Shown in pieces: positions 1 through 11,062 of a stretch of 64,000 nucleotides of DNA. The stretch's first letter is position 1. Every line of letters starts with the position of its first letter. The notes beneath the pieces are model-generated. The model was given only the letters and a program-made list of their open reading frames with translations. It did not search any database and was not told the origin of the DNA. The translations under genes were made by a program, and so were the position numbers. Source of the stretch: Cenococcum geophilum (lineage: Eukaryota); contig CP158635.1 in NCBI GenBank assembly GCA_050273025.1, positions 31,806,001 through 31,870,000 of the forward strand, read 5' to 3'.

Positions 1-935
1 TAGAGGATCTTATTAAGAGTATAGCAGAGCTCTACGTAGGGCCCAATCGCGATATGGAAATAGATAAGGAAGTTATTAATTAACCTTAAATTAAGCTTAA
101 TAAGGCGCTTACAGCCTTATAAAAGCTTTAACTTTATAAGGAGCAGTAAAGCGATTCCAAGAGAGATGTAATTACGGCTCTATTAAGGCACGAGCGTTAA
201 ATCTAAGGGCGACGATCTCAAAACACCAAGCAGTAGTCGATCGCGATGTATTTTGGTATAGCTAATTAATTAATTACGGCTTCGCGGGTATAGATATAAT
301 ATCATTACCTAATTTTAATTTTAGGTGCATTTTATATATAAGTATTAAATATAACAATACCCCTTTTATAACGATACGCCTAGCTGCAAAACCCATATCG
401 TAATAAGGGGAGTTTACTATAGTTAGTAAATCTTAAGAATTAGCTCTTAGGTAAATAACTCCTTAAATTCCTTAAATAACTTCTATAATTCCTCTTTCTT
501 TATAAGCCTAGTAAATAGTTTAATATTCTTTAACTATTATACTATAAACCTTTTATAGTAGTTATAAAACCCTAGAAATAACCTTAACTATATTATATTT
601 TATAGTTCTTACTAACTTACTATACCTTTAATTTTCTTTAGGTCTATACTAATATATCTTAGTTTAATAATAAATTTAATAAAATTGGTCTTCTTAGTAA
701 AGAACTTGTATTTTTTAATTACTACTAGCATCTATTCTTCTTATAGTCTCTTTAAGACCTATTTAATATATTCCCCGTGTTTTTCCTTAATTATTAAGTA
801 GATAATAATATCGTTAAGGTATACTATAATAAACTCATTAAGGTGTTCTTTTAATATACTATTAATTCGTTTCTAGAATGTTACTAGTATATTTATTAAT
901 CTAAATTATATAACTAATGGTTTATATAGTCCTTC

Positions 936-1127
936 TGTTCGTACTAATTTAATAGTACGAGTGAGTTATATCCCGGGGCACGAAATACGTATAGTATCGT
1001 ATGCTCTTTGGGATGGTGGTGACTTGTCTTCTAATCGTACATAAAGAGGTAGAATTTAAGGGGTTTCCTGAGCTCGCTTAGCTTACGTGATTGCGTCCAT
1101 AAATTCCCGTTTGAACTCGTTCAGACA
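936..1127 (-). repeat. 3' LTR of the Copia derivative
   Basis: 192 bp, near-identical to 4034-4225; the differences seen are transitions. Confidence 0.92.
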
Positions 1128-1535
1128 CTGGCGGTACTTAAAAAATGAAACCACCTGTGTATAGCCTCCGTAATTGCTTTAATAGAACCGTAAAATATAA
1201 AAGAAATACGTAAGAAATAAAACTATAAAATACGAAAGAAATTAAGAAATAAAACTATAAAACACAAAAGAAATATATAGGAAATTCCTCCGTATAACAG
1301 GTGCTATAATTATATACTAGCGGTACTTGAAAAATAAAACCGCTTATATATAGCCTCCGTAATTTGCTTTAATAAAACTATAAAATGTAAAATATATAAA
1401 AATAAAACTGTAAAATATAAAAGAAATGCGTAAAAAATAAAACTATAAAACATAAAGAAATACATAGGAAATTCCTTCTAAGGTGCCGTCTAGGCTGCCT
1501 TCCTAACGGTGCTTTAAGCTGGCTATAAGTCCTGC

Positions 1536-3566
1536 TTACGGTCCGTAAATAAACCGTACGGCCTTCCGATGGGCCGTAAATGAACCATAAGTACTCCGTA
1601 AAGCTAGGTAAGCTCGCTTAATAAGCCTAACGGGCTAATACGCCTTAACTAGAACGGCTTTTCGGCTAATAGGTGGTCGAAACGGTGGTGCAGGCGGTAG
1701 GTTTTAGTACTACTGGCGGTAGCGGCGGTCCGTAAAGGAGGTAGTATATATTCCTTAACTAGGGTGTTCCTTCTCCCATATAACGGGCTCCTTAGCTATA
1801 GGCTTTGCCTTATATAGCTCGTTTTGCTTTGCCTTTATAGGGGTCTTATTTTAGGGAAGGCAGGGGTTATACGTAGGTAGGTCCATATATAGTAGGGGGA
1901 GGGTAGATGCGGTTGCCGTAGGCAGTAATTACTAGGCAGGTTGCGGAGGTTTATACAAGCTTGGCTATTATAGCTCCTTAGCTTTAGTTAACGAAGAGGG
2001 TAAAGCTAGCGGAGCTTGCGCGGACGTAGCTTGCGCGGACGTAGCCTACGCGGACGTAGCTTATATAGGCGGAGCTTACACTAGCAGAGCTTACACAGGC
2101 AGAGCTTATACAGGCGGGGCTTGCGCTGATGGAGCTTAGGGTGGAGCTTGTGCGGACGGAGCTTGTACGGGCGGGGCTTATATAGATGGAGCTTATAGGG
2201 ACGGAGCTTATATAGGCGGAGCTTGTACAGACGGAGGTTGCGCGGACAGAGGTTGCGTAGGCGGAGCTTACGCGGACGGAGCTTGTATAGACGGAGCTTG
2301 CGCGGACGGGGCTTACGTAGGCGGAACTTACGCTAGCGGAGCTTATATAGACGGAGCTTGCGCGGGCGGAGCTTGTGCGGACGTAGCTTACGCGGATGTA
2401 GCTTATATAGGCAGAGCTTGCGCTAACAGAGTAGGAAGGTTAGGTAAAGGATCGTCCTTTGAGGCTTGCGGGCCTATTACATCATCATCTTAAGAGTTGA
2501 GCTTCTCTTGGTCGTTCGCTTGGTCTTAATTTCCACTAGAGTCTACCTATCAATTTCCAGAGTCCACCTATGTCTCGTCCTTATCTAACGTCTTAATAGT
2601 CTCTTCCTTTGACGTCTTATCTAGCTCTTCCTTTGGTATAACCACCCCCCTAGGGCGTTCCGTAGAACCGTTCTGCTATAGGGTATACTGCTATTGGCCA
2701 AGCTGCCGAGGGTTATACTGCTGCTGGGCAGGCTGCTGAGTAGGCTACTGGGTAGGCTGCTGGGTAGGCTACTAGGTAGGACTTAGTCGGTGCGGGTACT
2801 GTAGTTCCTAGGGGACTTCCGAAGTAGGTAGGGGTGCTTCCAGTTTGTCTAGTTTAACGTTATGGGTGTTTTCGGATTGAAAGTAGGGTTTTACGGACGT
2901 GCTTCTAAAGCTAGTTAATCCGCTAGGAAGTTATACGCAACACGTTTCGTCTTCTACAGCTAGTAAACAGTAGGGTCCAGTCCAATTGCCGTTCTCACGC
3001 ACGAGGACTTCAGAATTAAGTAGGAGGTCGTAAACTAAGGTCGTACCAGGTCCGTTATAGTCCGTAACTTAGAGATTGGGTATACTTTGGGCCGTAAGAT
3101 TAATTCCGAGACTACTTAGGTCTATAGGGCGAATTTAGTTAAGTATGTCAGGTATAAGGCCAGCGATCCTATTAAGTTTAGGAGAAGCAAAGAGTCTGCT
3201 AGTGGTTTTAACCTAGTCTAAAATTTCCTCTTTAGTCCATTCCATTTAGTCCTCTTCACACAGTATATTATACAAAGACTATGCAATAGTAGCTCGCTTA
3301 TCCGTTTTAACCCATACGCCTTAGTGACGTAAAAGGGTTCGTAGGTTATAGATAGCTATAAGGTCGCAAGCCTTAAAAGTAGCTTCCGTAAAGTCTGCAA
3401 AGTCTTCCTAGTATTACTCCTACAGGTCGTCATTTAAAAGCTTATAATAGCCGTATTCAAGGATTTTAAAATTAATATAGTCATTAACGCCGTTTACAGA
3501 CGTGAGGTCAACTCCCTAACTCCACTTCTTCCAACCTTCGCTGATTTACTTAGTAATATCTGCCAT
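1536..3566 (-). pseudogene. RIP-inactivated chimeric ORF (~676 codons): gag N-term / integrase C-term / QQPT and QAPSA repeats / gag and integrase snippets
   Basis: Manual translation from the ATG at 3566 stays in one frame. All stops are TAA/TAG (one TGA) that revert to CAA/CAG/TGG/CGA. The 3' end is uncertain because the last TAA could itself be RIP-derived. Confidence 0.75.
2008..2425 (-). repeat. 15-bp tandem array (~28 units), consensus CAAGCTCCGTCCGCG = QAPSA
   Basis: Plus strand shows repeated GGAGCTTGCGCGGAC variants with 15-bp period. Confidence 0.9.
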
Positions 3567-4033
3567 ACTATATAGTATAGTGTAGTACATAGCGGGTGGG
3601 AAGGGTCTTATAGTGGTCCGTAAAGGAGGTTAACGGGTCCGTAATAGTTCGCAGGAGGGTAAGGGGTTTCCGTAGGGGTCTTAACAGGTCCGTAGTAGTT
3701 TATAAAAGGGTAGGGGGTCTCCGTAAGGGGTCCAAAAAGAGGTCGGGGGTATTAAGGGAGGGTGTAGTAGGAATAGGGGTTTAAGGTTCAAAGAGGTTAA
3801 GGTTTAAGGGGGTTAAGAATAGGGGGTTCTATAAAGGTCTATATTCGCATCTATAACTTCCGGTAAACCGTACTAAGACTTAAATAAGTATACAGAGTTA
3901 GTAATAGTCCGTAATCCCCAACTTCCAACCTTCTAGCAGGTCGTACTAGGAGTCTAAACAGGTAGTCGCTGTCAAGTATCGCTCAGGGGGGGGGTATCGA
4001 GTAATTGCTAATCTGTGCGCGCTCACTAATCAG

Positions 4034-4225
4034 TATTCATACTAATTTAATAGCACAAGTAAGTCATATCCCGGGGCACGAAATACGTATAGTATCGTAT
4101 GCTCTTTAGGATGGTGGTGACTTATCTTCTAATCATATATAAAGAGGTAGAATTTAAGGGGTTTCCTAAGCTCGCTTAGCTCACGTAATTGCGTCCATAA
4201 ATTCCCGTTCAAACTCGTTCAGACA
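4034..4225 (-). repeat. 5' LTR of the Copia derivative
   Basis: 192-bp direct repeat of 936-1127, followed by TSD CCTTC. Confidence 0.92.
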
Positions 4226-4796
4226 CCTTCCTTTAACCTAAAGGCTACCTTTTATTTATTGCCTTTCTTAATTCTAATTTAATAGTATACCTATCTTAGA
4301 TCTATCTTTGTAAAGATTTGCGCATTACCTATCCTATCTTAAATTTCACTAATTAAGGGTAAAGAATACTTATCCTTTTAAATAATTCTATTTAACTATT
4401 TATAGTTAATATATAGCCTAAGTTTTCTGTTCTTCTTTAGTACGAATAATACTAGATAACCTATTAATAACTACAATAGTCTAATATATCCCTTTTATAA
4501 GTTCTTCTAGATAAACTCCTTAAGTACTCTTAACTCCTCTTAAGTAAGCTTATAGGTTAGAAAGAACCTTAGACTTATTCCTAACTTTAACTCTATTTTA
4601 TAGTCCTATGCTATATAATCTACTAGCTTTTTACTTTTTAGGCTCTATAGTTTTCTGCTATACTTATAGTATCTCTTTAGTATATAACTTAAGCCTTACT
4701 TAGTCTCTTTATATATTGCTTTAACTTAGTACTATACTAACTTAGTTTATTATTATATTCTATATTAAGTATCTCTAATATTAATATAATCTATAA

Positions 4797-7700
4797 CAGC
4801 TTATTAGTAGATATAGATACCTCTTATGATAATTTTAGGGAGCTCTTGCTGCACCCAGCCCAAAAAGACTAAAAACAACCAAAAGAACCCTGAAAAACAC
4901 CCAGAGAATCCCCCTGAGATGCATGCATCGCAGGGGAGGCACATGTCAAACGACGGTGGTTCGCACTTGCGCGCGCCCACTAGAACCACGCTTAGCAATA
5001 GCCCTCTATAACAAGAATAGGTAAATACCACACCACAAAACGGAAAGACCTCTATTAAGAAGGCATCTAACAAAATATAAAGCCTATTAGACGCGTCTAG
5101 TATCCGCAGTTACGGGGAAGTAACCGTTAGCTATAATAAACTAATACAGCTAGCAGAATGGCTCCGCTAATCCAGTGTACCTTAGGCGCCCCTTTAGTAA
5201 ACCCTTAACCAAATCCTCTAACGGCTAAACAAAATTAAAAATAAATAAAACCCCTTCCTACCGGCGAACCGCACCTGGGCCGCCATAGCTGCGCCTCTAT
5301 AGCACAGGGAGCCTACCCCCCTAAAGACAATATCTGGATATAATTATAATATAACCAAATATAGAGAAAGCAGAGGGGCTTAGGGGATAATTAGAAATAG
5401 AAGTCCTTATAGAAATTTATAAAGAGGTTTACAACGCCGTTGCAGTCTAATACCTTAGGAGCGGAGATATTAGAGTTACCCTAAGGGACCAACAGGCAAA
5501 GGAATAAGCTATAAGGGTAGGGGACAGGCTAGGAGAACGTATTGGCATAAAAGTGCTCTATAAAGATTACCCAGTTAAAGTCCTAGCGGTTCCCCTAAGC
5601 CTTAGGGTAGAAAAGAAACGCCAGGCAGATAATACGGCAACTATATATAAGATAGTAAAATAAACGGAACGCCTTATACTAGGACTCGAGATTACCCAAA
5701 TCTAATAGCTTTAATAGGAAAATGCAAACTAAGCATATAATAAGAATAATAAAAGAATATAAGGGTCGCCAGAGACTCGCCAGGGAGACGCCGGTCGAAC
5801 GTATGGCTCCCTTATTATTAGCACATATATACCAGAAATGCAAAAACTCCTTATCCAAAAAGGTATTATTATAAATGGCCTTATATACGACGTAAGGCTT
5901 TATAACTATAAACTCCGCCTAGAATAATGCTACCGCTGCGCATAATAGGGACACACCCAATCCATATACGCAGCATAGGTGTGCTGCGGCCACTGTATAG
6001 GCCCCCACGATATAAGAAACTGCTTAAATCAAGACTAAATAAAATGCGTAAACTGCTACCGAAGCACACATAAGGCGTAGGAGAGAGGAGACTGCATTGA
6101 ATATAGGAGACGGAAGGTAAGGGCTTAATAGCTGCGGGAATAACTGTACGCTAGGTTATATAAATGGAAATAATAGGCAATAAGCTAGGGGGGCGCAGGT
6201 GCCTTTTTAGTATTTCCTACCTTTAACACCGGGGGGCTAGGCCAGCCATCCCAAGCCTTAACAGGCCAGAAGCGTTGCCGCGTAATATTACCAGACTATA
6301 TAAGAATATAAGGGTCACAGGGGACATAAGGGAGAGGACGCCCTGTAGGAAGACTATTATAGACAGCTATAGTAAGCTTAAGACCAGGATAATTAAGAAT
6401 TAGACTTAACGCGGCAAATATAACATTTATAGCCGACTCTTAAAGGGTATATAGCTAACTAATAAAAATAGGGGAGGAACCGGAGATAATAACAGATTTA
6501 AATATAGAAGCGCTACTAGGAACACAAGACATGGAAATAGAAAGCTCTATATAAAATAAGTAGTAACTAAAATATAGATATAAGAGATAGAAGCTCTAAA
6601 TGTCCTAGAGAAAGTAGAAATAGAGGAAGCGAGAAATAAAGGAGAGGTAAAGGACCCCCGCTGGGGGTCCGCCACCTATCTATTATATAGTATAACTGCG
6701 GCAATATAAACCACCGTCTTGCAAGGCCCTTGCTAGATAGCTTAGACCTAGAGAAATACTATATCCTTACTATACAAGAGCCGTATTATAATACCTACAT
6801 ATAATTAATATACTGCCCCTAAGGATTCCAGCTCCTATATAAACCAAAAGTAGCCATATACGTGTGCTTTATAATTAGCAAGGCTATTAGCCTATCCTTA
6901 TAGTTATAGTAGGCAGTTAACCTAAATATTATAGTTATAACAATTCAGATATATAGGGGACCGGTTTAAATTATTAATATATATAACCCTAGGGTTAAAG
7001 GGGTCCTATAAATAGAGAATATTATATCGGTAATAAGCTTACTAAAAACCAAAGATATAGAGTTTATCCTATTAGGAGATATAAACCTCTACTACCCGCG
7101 GTAGGGGGGTATCTATATTACTGCCGAACGATAGGTAGAGTGCCTACTAAAAGCTATAGATACCTGGGGCCTTAAGCTAGCTACCCCCCTAGGAGCAATT
7201 ATATAGCAATAAGGCACCGCTAAAAGTATAATTGACCTTATATTTATGGACAAAGGCCTATACTAAAGACTTAAAAGATGCAACCCTAAAGAAGAATAGG
7301 CACTTACTTTAGACTATATCCCTATCTAAATATAGCTAGATCTAGATATTAAGGCATAATTAAATAGTAAAAGATACGTAATAAGAAAGCTTAAGATAAA
7401 TAGCTTCCTTAACACAGTTAAATAATAACTTTAAGACCTAGAAGAAATCCACCTAATACCGAATAAGCGAGGCTTAGTAGCTACCCCTAAGGAAATTAAC
7501 CAAAGACTAAAAAGGATCCAGGCAGCAATTAAAAATAGGTTAGAAGAGCACTGCCCGGTCTTAAAAGCGGGCCCCTATACGCGACACGTATGGTCCGTAT
7601 AATGCGTGGTTCTTATCGCCAGCTAACAACGAGCAAGAAGAAAATATATAAGCAGCCACGATCCTAAAGACAAGAGACATTATAAAGATATAAGAAACCA

Positions 7701-10374
7701 GCTAAAGAATACCCTGAAAAAAGATGTAAGGAATAGCTAGAGACGGTTTATAAATGAGTATACTACTAACCCGAGCCTCCCCCATAATAAAGGTCTTTAG
7801 AGAATGGCGAAATAGGCAAAGAGAAAGGTAGGACGTCTAGTAGAAGACCCATACCTTCCGCCCCTGCGAAGACTAGGTGAATTACTAGCCATAAGCAACA
7901 ATAATAAGAAGGCAAAAATCCTTACAGAAAGATTTTTCCCCTAACCAGCTTTAGTAGACCTTAGTGATATTACGGGTAAAGCACCGGTGACTTACCTAAG
8001 GGTTAACAGTGATATAACAACCGAAGAAATGGCTAGAACTATTAGCCGCCTTTTAAATAATATAGCACTAGGACTAGATAGGATCCTAAATAAAGCCCTA
8101 AAGACCTGCGGACTATTAATAGCACCTTAGCTTACGGATGTAGCTAGAGTATGCTTTATAATAGGCTACTACCCAAGACTTAGAAGAGCTATAATAACGT
8201 TTATCCTATATAAAGAAGGTAAAGCAGACTACTTATTTTTAGGGAGCTACCGCCCTATTGCCTTAGAGAATACCCTTAGTAAGATCTTAGAAAGGGTAAT
8301 AGCGGACCATATAGCAGACACGGTAGAGGAACACGCCCTACTACCACAAAGCTAAATAGGGGTAAGAAAGAACCGCTTAACACTATTAGCACTTACGCTA
8401 CTCGCTACCACCATTAAATTAGCATGGGTGATGCAAAGGGACTTTGTAGTATTAATGCTTAGCCTAGATATTAGTAGCGCCTACAATAACATACCCTATA
8501 AGCGTCTCCTATATATCCTTAGAGTAAAAGGCTTCCTAGAATAGATTATATAATTTGTTTAAGGGTTTATAGGCCAAAAAGAAACATTGCTGGTCTTTAG
8601 CGGATACTAAAGCCCCCCTATTATAGTTGCAACAGAAATACCATAAGAATTACCCCTCTTGCCTATACTTTTCCTTTTCTTTATAAGCAACCTACTTAAC
8701 TCCTTTAAGGAAGGGGCGACCTAGGGGATAGGCTTTATTAACGATATAAACCTAATTATATATAGGCCAACAGCTATAAAGAATTACAGAACGCTAGAGA
8801 AAGCTTATAATACCTATATAGAATAGGCAAGACGATATAGAGTCCAATTCTTACTAGAGAAGTACTAGCTAATCCATTTTATAAGAAAACGTAACTAATC
8901 TATAGATCTCTAGCATATAATTCGCATCTAAGGCTTTAGGGGTTAGCTAGTTTAGGGCCTAAGAGTATTAGGAGTATGGGTAGACAGTAAGCTCTAGTAG
9001 AGCGTATATGCGGCCTAAGCGGCCTATAAGGGCTAAGCATAGTATATCGCATTATCTAGGATCGTCAATTCCACATAGGGCCCATACTTTTAGAGGTTAC
9101 GCCTACTATATATAGCAGTTGTCCGGCCAACCATAATATATGGGTTCAGTATTTAGGCCATTAGAGAATCTAAGAAAGGCCCCCCTAAATCACTCCTTAA
9201 ACCACTCTAAAAGGTCTAAACAGCCTACCTTTAGAGTATAATAGGCGGATATAAGCGAACGGCCACAGCACTGCTTAAGAAGGAAGCTAATATTCCCCCC
9301 CTATAACTATATATTAAAGCCGCTATAATATAAAGGGCGTAAAAGGAACGCAACTCTAATATTATAAAGTATATTAAGACACGCCTAAACAAACCACAGA
9401 GGGACCTTAGGGCGCCCTATAGGAGAACAAACCAACAACCCTAAAGCAGGGAAGATATATTAGAGAAATAGGTAAAGAAAGTAGAAAAAGAATGGTGCTG
9501 CTCTAGGGCCTAGGCCCATATAGAGGAGAAAGGGAGACGCGTAAGAGGCCAGTAAGGACAACAGCAAGAGAGAGAAAAGAGCTAAAGTAAAGTATAAAAG
9601 AACGCTGGGAAACTAACTACCGTAATGTAATACTGGCTAGACTAATACTAGAGAGGCGTATAGGAGTTAAAGGTACAGAGGTTAACTAAGGTAAGAAGAA
9701 CCTAAGCCGTAGTATAGTTAACGCTATAGGGGGTAAACACTTTAGGGCTTTAAGAAGGCCTAATAAAGGCAGAAAATATAATGGCAATACTCTTAAGAAT
9801 AGGAGTAATAGGACTAAAAGACTAGCTCTACTAAGTGGGTATCCTAGTAGGTAGCCCGAGATGCGAATGTGGCTAGCTAAGACAGACACTAAAGCATATA
9901 ATACTACTATGCCCCTTACATACTAACTAAGAAGTAATACTCTTAATAGCTGGTATAGAGAACTATAAGATACTACTCTTAATATAAAAAGGCCTTAAGG
10001 CGGTTACCTAGTGGCTTATTAGCTAAAATATACTAAACCAGTTCCGGGTTATAAAGGAAATAGTAATAGAAGGTAGGGGGGCGAGCAACGGGTGCCCCCT
10101 AATAACTCTATAGCAGTAGAGTAAAGTTTGCAATACTAGCGCGTCCGTAGGCTTATTACGGCAGCAGTGGTTCCTAAGGAGGTTAAAAAGTAAGGTAATA
10201 GGAGCACCATAGGTGACTCGCAGGCGCCTCGCAGGCGCCTTATAGGCAAGTCCTATAAGGCGGGGAGATGGATCACGGGGTTTTCTTAAATAGAGTTTTC
10301 TCCCCACATATATATAAGGAGTAGTCCGCGTGGGCCCAATAGGGATCCAAATCGGACGTTAAGCAATGAATTAT
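4797..10374 (+). mobile_element. Apparently full-length Tad1-like LINE (non-LTR retrotransposon), RIP-degraded
   Basis: ORF1 has CCHC knuckles at ~5930-6070. ORF2 has an APE start (IIQYNCG-like, ~6682), RT motifs (PGPDGI-like ~8070, YRPIAL ~8250, GFVDD-like ~8730) and a C-terminal Cys/His motif ~9870-9915. TSD up to 18 bp, TATTAATATAATCTATAA, at 4779-4796 and 10375-10392. Confidence 0.9.
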
Positions 10375-10870
10375 TATTAATATAATCTATAATCTAATCA
10401 ATTTTTAGATTATATTTCTGTAACTAAGGTATACTTAATACTGCCTTATCCCGTTCTAATGGTAGGATATTAAAAGATATCTTAATTTATCTCCCTTTAA
10501 TGGTTATTTAAATAGGTCCTATTTTAAGATTAATAATCCCTCCTCCGTAGGTTATTAGATCTCCTAAAATCGTAACTAATAAGTAAGGTTATTCCTTCTA
10601 TCTATAAGGTAATCCTATTTTTTTAACTGCTACTAATAAGATATAGTTTCTTATTACTCCACTATCTATTAGTGCTTTAAACTATTAATCTTACTAATTA
10701 GCTTATAAATTTAGGTATTATCCTTAAATTCCTTTAAGGGTCTAAGGCTTTACTATTAGCTCCCTTTAGTCCCGTAGGCCTCTACTTTTCCTAACTATTA
10801 ACTACTTAATCCCTATATACTTAGCTTACTCTTTAGCTAAAACCTAGTTCGCTTTTTATCTTTAATATAC

Positions 10871-11062
10871 TGTTACGGCACTATAACGCGTAACCTGGAC
10901 AGGGAGCCTAGTTAGGGGTTCGGGTAAGGACTTGGCGTTATAACGCGTATATATTACGCCTCTACCTCCTATATATACCTCTCCTCTTCTCCTCAGCTTA
11001 GTATCTTTATAAGATAGCATTCTATAAGCTTTGGTTCAGAAGCATTTATATAAGCCGTCACA
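10871..11062 (+). repeat. 5' LTR of the chromovirus
   Basis: TG...CA, direct repeat of 16788-16979. Confidence 0.93.

Larger units (their letters stand above)
936..4225 (-). mobile_element. Non-autonomous Copia (GalEa-like) derivative with 192-bp LTRs and a mosaic ORF
   Basis: Direct repeats 936-1127 and 4034-4225 (TG...CA). 5-bp TSD CCTTC at 931-935 and 4226-4230; the empty site TAGTCCTTCCTTTAACC is seen in the other host copy near 53365. Internal segments match the Copia at 45217-51276. No RT or RNase H. Confidence 0.92.

Noticed and set aside
1..417. End of another insertion in host copy A
   Set aside because: Looks like RIP-mutated repeat, but it is cut by the window edge and cannot be classified.
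2008..2425. CRISPR-like array
   Set aside because: Contiguous 15-bp units with no unique spacers, in a eukaryotic context; it is a coding minisatellite.
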